Shown: positions 1 through 7,812 of the stretch, one piece after another | Layout of the letters: the number at the start of each line of letters is the position of its first letter | Numbering within the stretch: the first letter of the stretch is position 1 | Origin: a virus | Taxonomy: Duplodnaviria; Heunggongvirae; Uroviricota; Caudoviricetes | Direction: 5' to 3' (one strand) | DNA: 11,126 nt | IMG/VR virus record: IMGVR_UViG_2617270938_000004 | The notes under the pieces: generated by a model | What the model saw: only the letters and a program-made list of their open reading frames with translations | What the model was told of the DNA's origin: nothing | The model's database searches: none | Translations under genes and position numbers: made by a program

Positions 1-1194
1 ATGATCACCGACACAAAGCTCAGGAAGGCGCTCGGCAAGAAAAGAGATGATATCGAGATTATTTCTGATTCGCACGGGCTCAACGCCAGAATCAGCCAGG
101 CCGGAAAAATATCATTTTTCTATCGGTATCGCTGGGCCGGTAAAGCGGTAAAACTCAATGTTGGTGATTATCCTGCAATGAGTATCACCCAGGCAAGAGA
201 GCGTCGCCAACAATTCAGAAACTGGTTAACTGAGGGACTGGATCCGCGAGAGCAGGTGAAGCTGGATAAGCAGACCCGACAGGAAGCGATGTCCGTTGCC
301 GAAGCGTTCAATTACTGGATTGAAAGGCACTGTATCGCTAACGGGCTAGTTAAAGTCGATTACTATCGCCAGGTGTTTGAGAAACATATCGCCGAACCGA
401 TGAAGAATGTCAAAGTCGATAACACAGCGAAAATGCACTGGATCAACGTCTTCGATTCTATAGAAAGCAGGGTGATGGCTCATTACATGCTTTCGCTGTG
501 CAAACGGGCGTTTAGGTTCTGCGTTAACAGAAGTGTGATCGCCTCAAACCCACTCGAGGGATTACTGCCATCTGATGTCGGGCAAAAGCCTAAAAAGAGA
601 ACTCGCAGGATGGACGATGACGATCTGCGCAAAATCTATCAGTGGTTGAAAAGCCATATGTCGATAGAGTCCGTTTTCCTGGTGAAATTTATTATGCTTA
701 CCGGATGCCGTACGGCTGAGATTCGACTTAGTGAGAGATCATGGTTTCGATTGGATGATAATGAGTGGGTCGTGCCTGCGGGCAGTTATAAAACTCGGGT
801 ACATATTAGAAGGGGACTCTCAGACGCCGCCGTTAACCTGGTCAGAAATCACCTCAAGAAAATAAACACCAATCACCTGGTGACTTCACAACGTAAAATT
901 GATGGCGGGATCAAAGATTCGCCCGTTCATTCACCTGTGGCATCCAATTACGCCCGTTCTATTTGGAATGGAACAGGTATGGCAGAGTGGTCGCTTCATG
1001 ATATGAGGCGGACGATAGCCACAAATCTCTCTGAGTTAGGTTGCCCGCCGCACGTAATTGAAAAGCTGCTCGGGCATCAGATGGTGGGGGTTATGGCGCA
1101 TTACAACCTTCATGACTATATCGATGATCAGAAACACTGGCTCCGCGTTTGGCAGAGCCATCTTGAAGAGATCATCGGAGAGCCCTTCAGTTAA
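1..1194 (+). CDS. int: Tyrosine recombinase / phage integrase, P4-type
   Basis: 397-aa ORF. N-terminus '[33 protein letters not shown]' resembles the arm-binding domain of P4-family integrases. Catalytic-domain signatures are present: 'TGCRTAEI' (Arg), 'HDMRRT' (His-x-x-Arg), 'LLGHQ...MAHYNLHDY' (His/Tyr). Stop TAA at 1192-1194. Upstream RBS and att site are outside the window. Confidence 0.9.
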
Positions 1195-1388
1195 TTTATC
1201 TTCTTTTTATCCTCCCACTCTTTGATTGACTCAGAGCGCCAGCGGTTAGGGTTGCCGGGCCAGTCAGGGGGTGGGAACGGGCATACGAAGCCCCGAGGCA
1301 TTGTGTCTGCACTTTGCCATGACCAAAGGGTTTTGCGTGAAATTTTGTAGCGACTGGTCAGGTCTGACGTTACCAAAATATCATCCAT
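1191..1388 (-). CDS. alpA: AlpA-family prophage regulator / excisionase-like HTH protein
   Basis: The ATG at 1388-1386 gives a 65-aa protein '[59 protein letters not shown]', which fits the AlpA pattern (HTH, then FP-P, then W-x-x-E-x-x-W). The ORF-track start at 1433 is a TTG with no RBS; the ATG at 1388 is preceded by a purine-rich 'AGAGAGAG'. The stop overlaps the int stop. Confidence 0.7.
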
Positions 1389-1429
1389 AGCTCTCTCTAG
1401 TTGCCCGTTCGGGCCATTCAAAATCTTTT

Positions 1430-1672
1430 TCAACCAACCTGCCCGGGCAGGGAGCGGAGACGGCGCATGCCGGTCATCGCTGTGGCCACGTAGCTCGCCT
1501 TTCGGTTCACCACCTCCACCCAGACTTTCACGCCTTCAACCTTCACCGTATAAGTCTCTTTCATCTTGCTTCGCCCATAGTCGCCATATGTTTGCAAGTG
1601 AGCTGCCAGCGCGATGTCGCATGCTTGGCGAGCTAAAGGTGATTGCTTACTTCCTCGATTGATCAGTCGCAT
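1430..1672 (-). CDS. Hypothetical small protein (80 aa) in the recombination operon
   Basis: ATG at 1672-1670 preceded by a strong Shine-Dalgarno 'AAGGAG' with a roughly 6-nt spacer (reverse complement of 1673-1684). It sits between the RecT-like and AlpA-like genes on the same strand. No family recognised by eye. Confidence 0.55.
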   Translation of the reverse strand: MRLINRGSKQSPLARQACDIALAAHLQTYGDYGRSKMKETYTVKVEGVKVWVEVVNRKASYVATAMTGMRRLRSLPGQVG

Positions 1673-1710
1673 ATAATCTCCTTGAGGGAGGGTTACCCCT
1701 CCCGGTCTCG

Positions 1711-2829
1711 TCAGGCCACGTATTCCGGTTTCATATCCGCCAGGGTGATGCTGAATTGATCGTGCAGTTCATCGCCTAAGTGACGCTTTGAAGATGCAAG
1801 CATGCGCTCGGCTTCAGCGAACCGTTCGGCTGCATGCGGCTCGTCGGGCTGGGGCAGGGATTTAATAGCCTCCTCAACCTTGTTGCGTGCATCCACTAGG
1901 TAATAACGCTTTACGGCTTTGTTTTTCAGCTCGGTGAATAGTGCGGATCCCAGCGTAGCTTTCGCCGTTTCAATGTCGGCACGCAGCGATTTGGCGCTAT
2001 CCACGTCCTGAGCAGATTCGATGCGTTCGCGGAAATCATCGGCAAGAGAGTCGACATTTACCGACGATTCCTGTGCGCTTTGCGTGGTTGTGACGGTGTC
2101 ACCTGAGATATCAGCCAGGCTAACGCGTTGCGGCGTTGGGTTGATCTCTTTTTCTGTGCGCTGTTCAATCTCATCAGGGGTGTACACACCAAGAACAACT
2201 GCAGGGCAATACAGGCGCGCCCAGTATTTGAGTGCCAGATAAGCGATCTGCTGTTTCGGGTTTGATACCCAAAGTGGAGAATTACGTGTGATTACGCTGG
2301 AGAGGAAAACAGGCTCTCCCCAGGTGATATCACTTTCACCGCGAATAACGGCACCTACCCGTACCGACAGTCCTTGTTCATCAGCACTTTCCCAACCGCG
2401 TACCATTTCTTTCTTGTCGTACGTCCCGCCACCTTTCGCAGGCTTTTTAACGGTTATCTCGCGGCTGCTGGCACATTTCGACCAGTCGCCCTCGTACTCA
2501 TAGTGAAAGCGGCCAACGATGGCGTTTGAGCTGGAGATCACCGCATTAACCAGTTGCGCTTCGTATCCCAGGACACCGTTAACCAGGTGCGTCTTTTGCG
2601 CCACGGCGTAAGGGTTCATACCCCACTGCATCGCCTGCATGATGATGGCCATGCAGTCTGCCGGATTGCCGCGGAGGTGCTCAGGCACCGTTACGGCTGC
2701 CTGTGCCATCAACCCGGCGACAGACTGAAGCTGGGTTAAAGCCTGCACGTTGAAAATGGCATTGCTGGCTGAGATCGTGTTTGGAGTCTGCTGTTCAGCG
2801 GTTACGATATTCGTGTTTTCCATCATCAT
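1711..2829 (-). CDS. RecT/Bet-family single-strand annealing protein
   Basis: 372 aa. Segments 'GNPADCMAIIMQAMQWGMNPYAVAQKTHLV' and 'LWVSNPKQQIAYLALKYWARLYCPAVVLGVYTPDEIE' parallel lambda Bet as I remember it ('...FIALLIVANQYGLNPWTKEIYAF...', '...PWQSHPKRMLRHKAMIQCARLAFGFAGIYDKDEAE'). RBS 'AAGGGGA' lies directly upstream of the ATG triplet at 2829-2821, and the upstream gene's stop is only 5 nt away. Confidence 0.8.
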   Translation of the reverse strand: MMMENTNIVTAEQQTPNTISASNAIFNVQALTQLQSVAGLMAQAAVTVPEHLRGNPADCMAIIMQAMQWGMNPYAVAQKTHLVNGVLGYEAQLVNAVISSSNAIVGRFHYEYEGDWSKCASSREITVKKPAKGGGTYDKKEMVRGWESADEQGLSVRVGAVIRGESDITWGEPVFLSSVITRNSPLWVSNPKQQIAYLALKYWARLYCPAVVLGVYTPDEIEQRTEKEINPTPQRVSLADISGDTVTTTQSAQESSVNVDSLADDFRERIESAQDVDSAKSLRADIETAKATLGSALFTELKNKAVKRYYLVDARNKVEEAIKSLPQPDEPHAAERFAEAERMLASSKRHLGDELHDQFSITLADMKPEYVA

Positions 2830-2834
2830 TCCCC

Positions 2835-3704
2835 TTATGCCTGAGTACGCAGCGCTTCAAGGCGGCGCAGGTCGAAGTCGTTCAGTTCGTCGGTGTAGTC
2901 AGCAGTGATTGGCGCTGGCCATTCACCTGTGTCGAATCCGGTTGCGATATTGCGCATCGCTTTGCGGTACTCGAGCATACCCAGCTCCAGTAGTTCAGCG
3001 GATGCCTCGATGATGGCGATCCAGTGGTAGTTCTCGTCTTTGTTGACGAAAATCCAGAAGAACTGATCCAGCGCTGCGGTTTCGCAGTACATAGCCGCGC
3101 TCAGGTGATAATCACGTTCAATAATTTCCCGGTGTAGCCTGGCGCGCAGGCTTTCCTGCTTAACATTCCACATGCTGATGGTTTTCAGGTCAGCACCGAT
3201 ACGCACGCCGTCTAGGTCGATCTCAAGGTCAGGGCGCACACGAACTTCCAGTCCCGTCTCCTCGTCAAAGCCAAAGTAGCTCACCTCAACGGCGCGGCTC
3301 GGGTGGGTTAGCAGCATGCCTGCGGTCGGGTGCGAGAGCAGTGCTGACTGAATTGCCTGCGCGGTGGCAAGTTGCTGGTGGGTAACCAGCACTTTCCCTT
3401 CCGGGTTGTTGCGCCACGCATCGAGCAGCTCGTCGGCGAACACTGCATCTGGTTTGACTGCCTTCACGGCCTGAATCAGATCGGCCTTCGTGCCAGAGAC
3501 TTTCAGCGGTTGCAGCTTCTGAGCTTCCTGCGCGACCAGGTCAGGATTGATAATCGCAAGTTGTTCGAGTAGTGCGTCGCGGCTGCCGCTGGTTTTAATC
3601 TGCGCTGGCAGGGTGGCGTTGTACTCTTTGATGCACGCCTTCATTGCTGTTGCTGTCTTCTTCTGATCTGCATCGATACGTTGGAATTCAGCTGGCAGCG
3701 CCAT
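2835..3704 (-). CDS. PD-(D/E)XK-superfamily exonuclease (RecE/YqaJ-like partner of the annealing protein)
   Basis: Motif 'VEVSYFGFDEETGLEVRVRPDLEIDLDGVRIGADLKTIS' fits the E...PD...(D/E)xK nuclease core. The gene is immediately upstream of, and co-oriented with, the RecT-like gene. Start placed at the ATG at 3704-3702 ('MALPAEFQ...'); the ORF track extends to a GTG at 3764, which would overlap the divergent GP46-like gene. Confidence 0.7.
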   Translation of the reverse strand: MALPAEFQRIDADQKKTATAMKACIKEYNATLPAQIKTSGSRDALLEQLAIINPDLVAQEAQKLQPLKVSGTKADLIQAVKAVKPDAVFADELLDAWRNNPEGKVLVTHQQLATAQAIQSALLSHPTAGMLLTHPSRAVEVSYFGFDEETGLEVRVRPDLEIDLDGVRIGADLKTISMWNVKQESLRARLHREIIERDYHLSAAMYCETAALDQFFWIFVNKDENYHWIAIIEASAELLELGMLEYRKAMRNIATGFDTGEWPAPITADYTDELNDFDLRRLEALRTQA

Positions 3705-3709
3705 ATAGT
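3681..3709 (+). promoter_or_regulatory. Candidate sigma70-like promoter (TTGGAA-N17-TATAGT) reading toward the baseplate genes
   Basis: 'ttggaa' at 3681-3686 and 'tatagt' at 3704-3709, separated by 17 nt, about 50 nt upstream of the ATG at 3759. Pattern match only. Confidence 0.2.
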
Positions 3710-3758
3710 TCTGCGCCGTTTCATCCAGGCTAACGGCGTACTGACATCTGAGAATGAT

Positions 3759-4121
3759 ATGCACACGGCCATAATTATCAGTTTGTTTACTGACGGACTG
3801 GCGCGCGCTGATGATGATTATGAAGGAACTGACCGCCGCGGCTGGTGGGGGGATCTGGACAACGACCGGAATATTGGCTCAAGGCTGTGGCTACTGCGGC
3901 GTGAAAAACTGACGCGCGAAGTGGCGATGAGAGCTGAAGATTATGCCGAAGAGGCTCTGGCCTGGATGAAGTCGGATGGTATTGCAGCAGCGATAGAGGC
4001 TCAGTCAGAGATTGTTTTCCCGAATAGGCTGAACCTCATCATCCGGTATTTGCCGCCGGCGGGGGACTGGCAGGAGTTCAAATTCTTCTGGCTATGGGAG
4101 CAACTGAATAATGCCATTTAA
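3759..4121 (+). CDS. Phage GP46-family baseplate protein (Mu gp46-like)
   Basis: 'AIIISLFTDGLARADDDYEGTDRRGWWGDLDNDRNIGSRLWLLRREKLT' matches the GP46 family signature (SLFTD...RRGWWGD...GSRLWLL). First ATG in frame is at 3759; the ORF-track start at 3681 is a TTG. The N-terminus may be shortened relative to family members. Confidence 0.7.
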   Translation: MHTAIIISLFTDGLARADDDYEGTDRRGWWGDLDNDRNIGSRLWLLRREKLTREVAMRAEDYAEEALAWMKSDGIAAAIEAQSEIVFPNRLNLIIRYLPPAGDWQEFKFFWLWEQLNNAI

Positions 4122-5259
4122 GCGGAAAACACTGAGCGAGCTCCGGCAGGAGAATCGCCAGTTTATGCAGGCAGAGCTTGAAAGTGTTGGCGCGCTGTTA
4201 CGGTTTGGCAACCTTAAGGTGCTCGCTGATATGGATGCGGGCATGGCCCATCTGCACTACGCCTACCTGGATTATATTGCCCGTCAGAGCACGCCTTTCA
4301 CCTCTACCGATGAGTGGCTTGCCGGATGGATGGCGCTAAAGCAGATTTACCGAAAAGCCGCAACGGCAGCACGCTCTCCGGCGGCGACCGTTACCGGAAC
4401 GCCGGGGAAAACACTGTCAAAAGGGGCGGTGTTAAACCGTGATGATGGTTACCAGTACACAACCGATGATGCCATAACGATAAACACTGCTGGCAGTGCG
4501 TCGGTTGCTGTAACAGCGGTTTTGCCGGATATCACAGACGATGTGACAGGAGGAGGCACTTCCGGAAATGCCGATGCTGGCACCATTCTTACACTGGATG
4601 CTAATGCCCCCGGCATAGACAGCTCGGTTACGCTGATTGAGCCCGCCACCGGCGGCGCCAACATTGAAAGTGAAGAGGATTTCCGATTACGTGGTCTGCT
4701 GGCGTATCAGAATCCCCCGCAGGGCGGGAGTGACACTGATTATAAAAGCTGGGCTTTATCCGTGTCGGGGATCACCAGGGCATGGATACGGCGCCGGGGG
4801 ATGGGGCCGGGTACCGTGGTGATTTACATCATGTGCGACGGCGATGATAAAACCAATCATGGATTCCCTGCAGGAACTGACGGTGTCTCTCAACTGGAAG
4901 AGTGGGGGGCTGTAAAAGCCACCGGGGATCAGGGGAGAGTTGCCGATTATATGTATCCGCTTGCGCCGGTTACCTCCCTTAACTATGTCTGCTCTCCCAT
5001 CGAACGCGTTATCGATTTTGAAATAAGCGGGATATCTGATGCCGACAGCGCAACGACTGCGGCCATTGCTGATGCGATTGACGGGGTATTGTTTGAATCT
5101 GCTAACCCGCTCGGCACAGGGAAAATTTACCTTTCAGATCTCAACCGTGCGATAGGGGATGTTGCCGGTACTTCAGGTTATATCCTTGTGTCGCCTTCTG
5201 CGAATATTGAGCCGGGAGTTGGGGAGCTGGCTGTTCGTGGTGAGGTGAACTACACATGA
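4111..5259 (+). CDS. Baseplate J-like protein (Mu gp47 / e14 JayE-like)
   Basis: 382-aa ORF whose start overlaps the GP46-like gene by 11 nt. Order GP46-J-DUF2313 is as in Mu-like and e14-like tail modules. Judged Baseplate_J-like by overall similarity; HMM confirmation needed. Confidence 0.8.
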   Translation: MPFKRKTLSELRQENRQFMQAELESVGALLRFGNLKVLADMDAGMAHLHYAYLDYIARQSTPFTSTDEWLAGWMALKQIYRKAATAARSPAATVTGTPGKTLSKGAVLNRDDGYQYTTDDAITINTAGSASVAVTAVLPDITDDVTGGGTSGNADAGTILTLDANAPGIDSSVTLIEPATGGANIESEEDFRLRGLLAYQNPPQGGSDTDYKSWALSVSGITRAWIRRRGMGPGTVVIYIMCDGDDKTNHGFPAGTDGVSQLEEWGAVKATGDQGRVADYMYPLAPVTSLNYVCSPIERVIDFEISGISDADSATTAAIADAIDGVLFESANPLGTGKIYLSDLNRAIGDVAGTSGYILVSPSANIEPGVGELAVRGEVNYT

Positions 5260-5930
5260 GCCTTTTCTCAACAGACGATTATCAGAAGGCACTGCAGGCG
5301 CTTATCCCCACCGGCCGAGCGTGGACACGGGATCCAAAAGCTGTTCAGGCCGCTGTACTGCGGGCCATTGCGGCCAGTTTCCAGCGAAGTGATAACGACG
5401 CACTTGCATTGCTGCGCGGTGCCTTTCCAAAAACTGCGACGATTATGCTCACCGAGTGGGAAAAAACACTCGGCTTACCTGATGATTGCTCAATTGGCGA
5501 AGTGGATACGATTGCGAAGCGTCAGTCTGCCATTGTATCGAAACTCATCAGCACCGGCGGGCAGTCAAAGAGCTATTTCATCAGTATTGCCGCAGCAATG
5601 GGTTATACGATTTCGATTAAGGAATACCGGCAGGCGCGTGCTGGCTTATCGGTATGTGGTGACGGGCTAAATGGGGATGACTGGCCATTTGTCTGGCTGG
5701 TAGAGGCAGAAGACACAACGATAACTTATGCCCGTGCAGGTCTGAGTTATTGCGGCGATCCATTACGCTCCTGGGGTAATCGCCAGCTTGAGTGCCGGAT
5801 AAATGCCCTTGCCCCCTCATACACCCTGGTGAAATTTGGCTATATCTATTTCGGTTTTAACGATGAGGGGGTTTACGAAGTCACGCCTGAGTTTGCCAGA
5901 ATATTTGATATCGCTTCCGGTTACGTTTAA
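5256..5930 (+). CDS. Phage tail protein, YmfQ/DUF2313 family (Mu gp48-like)
   Basis: 224 aa with an ATGA start/stop overlap with the upstream J-like gene (ATG 5256-5258, TGA 5257-5259). N-terminus 'MSLFSTDDYQKALQALIPTGRAWTRDP' resembles the YmfQ family. It lies directly upstream of a tail fibre gene. Confidence 0.8.
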   Translation: MSLFSTDDYQKALQALIPTGRAWTRDPKAVQAAVLRAIAASFQRSDNDALALLRGAFPKTATIMLTEWEKTLGLPDDCSIGEVDTIAKRQSAIVSKLISTGGQSKSYFISIAAAMGYTISIKEYRQARAGLSVCGDGLNGDDWPFVWLVEAEDTTITYARAGLSYCGDPLRSWGNRQLECRINALAPSYTLVKFGYIYFGFNDEGVYEVTPEFARIFDIASGYV

Positions 5931-5956
5931 TTCAGACATTTAAAAAGAAGGTTTAT

Positions 5957-6742
5957 ATGAGAAAAGTTGGCAGTACAACTGACACCGCTGATGCTAATGG
6001 TGAATACACTAATGGTAATGTCGCTAATGGTATTTCACCGACAATAATTAATGCTGAGATGATGAATACCTTTCAGCGTGAGCTGGTAAACGTTGTTGAG
6101 GGCGCGGGGCTTGAGCTTGATCCTGATGATGATTCACAGGTTCTTAAAGCGATTGGTGGCGGTCGCCTGCTTAATATTGTCACCTTTACTAAGTCAGGGA
6201 CTTACACTCCAACTAAAGGGACGAAAAGAGTGCGGGTGAAAGTTTGGGGAGCGGGGGGAGGTGGCCAGAATGCTCCAGTTAGTGTGGGCGCATCTGGAGG
6301 TTGTGCTGGTGGATTTTCGGAAGGGTTATTTAATATTTCTGATAACGAAACTATATCTGTGACGATAGGTACTGGTGGCAGTGCTGTTGCTGCTGGTGTC
6401 TCGTCTAAAGGCGGGAATGGTGGTGATACAAGGTTCGGGAGTTTAATCTCAGCTACTGGAGGGAGTGGTGGCGGGGCTACAGTTCCTGCTGGAGGTATCG
6501 GAAGTGGCGGGAACATTTTAAATATTACTGGCGGAATATCTCAAGGTGGTCTGTATTATGGTTCTGATGCTTTTATTGGCGGGGCTGGGGGATCTGCATT
6601 TTCATCAACGGGTGGCAATGGCCACTTCGGTAGTTCTGGCGATGATGGCGGTTTCCCCGGCTCAGGTGGTGCCGGGGGGAATGGTAACTATTCATCAGGA
6701 AAAGGAGCGAATGGTTTAGTTTACCTTGAAGAGTTTTCCTGA
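5957..6742 (+). CDS. Tail fibre protein with conserved N-terminal fibre domain and glycine-rich C-terminal region
   Basis: 261 aa. RBS 'GAAGG' 5 nt before the ATG. N-terminus 'GISPTIINAEMMNTFQRELVNVVEGAGLELDPDDDSQVLKAIGG' matches the conserved tail-fibre N-terminal motif seen in P2/Mu/e14-type fibres. C-terminal 170 aa is Gly-rich ('VKVWGAGGGGQN...GGSGGGATVPAGGIGSGGN...'). Codon usage is AT-rich relative to the upstream baseplate genes. Confidence 0.75.
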   Translation: MRKVGSTTDTADANGEYTNGNVANGISPTIINAEMMNTFQRELVNVVEGAGLELDPDDDSQVLKAIGGGRLLNIVTFTKSGTYTPTKGTKRVRVKVWGAGGGGQNAPVSVGASGGCAGGFSEGLFNISDNETISVTIGTGGSAVAAGVSSKGGNGGDTRFGSLISATGGSGGGATVPAGGIGSGGNILNITGGISQGGLYYGSDAFIGGAGGSAFSSTGGNGHFGSSGDDGGFPGSGGAGGNGNYSSGKGANGLVYLEEFS

Positions 6743-7812
6743 TTATTTTTGCTTTGAGCGTCCGCCCTTATTTTTGCTCTAATTTTAATTAGTGGCTTTT
6801 CTATTAATATTACACAAACGATCCCAAGTGCAATTGATATTGGGTAGCCTAATAAAAAGATGGATAAGCCACGATTTTCACCACCAATAGCAAGCCATGC
6901 TAGAAATCCACCAAAATATTGACAAAGAAAAATTGGATAGGCCAGGTCACCAAACCACTTGAGTATTTTCTCAAGATGTATGTTTGTCTTTATTTTTAAT
7001 AATACCAGGGTTGTAAACAATGCTATTACATTATTGGTGTAGTAAAGTATTATGTTGTACTGACCTAATGCATTAATTGTATATAAATGCCAATTGGTAA
7101 TAAAAATCCCGATGCAAATAAATGTTATTAAAAAAGCTTTGTGTGGAGAAAGATACATAGCTTTGAACTTTCTATGGGCAAAATAACCCAGAGAACCCAT
7201 GCTAAAAGGAAGTGTTGCAGCAAGGAATGGGAAATACGCCATATCAAAAGAATGGTGTACTACATATACGTAAGCATGATAAAGCAGTGAAAGCAGAATC
7301 GACGTAATGGCTGTAAATTTATTTCGGGCTATGAAAAGCCACAATAAAAAATAACATGTTATCTCAACACCCACTGACCATGATGATGTGACTATTCTGA
7401 ATCTATTACCATCAATAGCAAAGTGATAAATGGATGAAAAGGCACCGAATGGATTTGCTACAGCATTATCAGAAAGGAAAGCCCAGGGGAAGATTAAGAG
7501 GTTTCCTAATAAATCTCCAGGTAAGAAATTGCCTGTCCAGTTTGAGTGGAATTCCTTTGCGGATGGAATTAATTTTATAATAAGAAAGCCCATGACGAGA
7601 AAAAATATATATGCCGGGAATAACCTCAGCATTCTATTTTTCCAAAACATAGAGAAGTTGAACTTGTATGTTTCATGCAAAATGTATGTTATTAAAAAAC
7701 CACTAATAACATAGAAGCAATTCACTGCAAAGTTGCCAAGTGCAGGTATGCGAGCCGTTAAGTGAAAAGCAATGACGCACGATGCCAAAAAAAACCTTAT
7801 TAGGCCAAGCAT
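6721..7812 (-). CDS. Acyltransferase family 3 integral membrane protein (O-antigen / polysaccharide O-acetyltransferase-like, Oac/OafA-type)
   Basis: 363 aa and highly hydrophobic. Family hallmarks: 'FHLTARIPALGNFAVNCFYVISGFLITY' and 'FWKNRMLRLFPAYIFF', comparable to the 'G-x-x-GVD-x-FFV-x-SGFLIT' and 'R-x-x-R-I-x-PxY' motifs. The 3' end overlaps the convergent tail fibre gene by 22 bp. Confidence 0.85.
   Translation of the reverse strand: MLGLIRFFLASCVIAFHLTARIPALGNFAVNCFYVISGFLITYILHETYKFNFSMFWKNRMLRLFPAYIFFLVMGFLIIKLIPSAKEFHSNWTGNFLPGDLLGNLLIFPWAFLSDNAVANPFGAFSSIYHFAIDGNRFRIVTSSWSVGVEITCYFLLWLFIARNKFTAITSILLSLLYHAYVYVVHHSFDMAYFPFLAATLPFSMGSLGYFAHRKFKAMYLSPHKAFLITFICIGIFITNWHLYTINALGQYNIILYYTNNVIALFTTLVLLKIKTNIHLEKILKWFGDLAYPIFLCQYFGGFLAWLAIGGENRGLSIFLLGYPISIALGIVCVILIEKPLIKIRAKIRADAQSKNNQENSSR

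Noticed and set aside
1389-1433. N-terminal extension of the AlpA-like ORF to position 1433
   Set aside because: The codon at 1433-1431 is TTG with no upstream RBS; the in-frame ATG at 1388 with a purine-rich upstream sequence gives a protein of typical AlpA length.
2021-3572. Five small plus-strand ORFs of 66-73 aa (2021-2242, 2288-2503, 2554-2739, 2781-2993, 3372-3572)
   Set aside because: All are antisense to the RecT-like and exonuclease genes, which have clear family motifs and coupled translation signals.
4449-5820. Internal or antisense ORFs within the baseplate genes (4449-4664 minus, 4637-4822 plus, 5368-5670 plus, 5617-5820 minus)
   Set aside because: They overlap well-supported baseplate J-like and YmfQ-like coding frames and have no motifs or start signals of their own.
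6202-6516. 104-aa proline-rich ORF on the minus strand
   Set aside because: It is the reverse-complement mirror of the glycine-rich codons (GGN read as NCC) of the tail fibre gene at 5957-6742, with no independent start signals.
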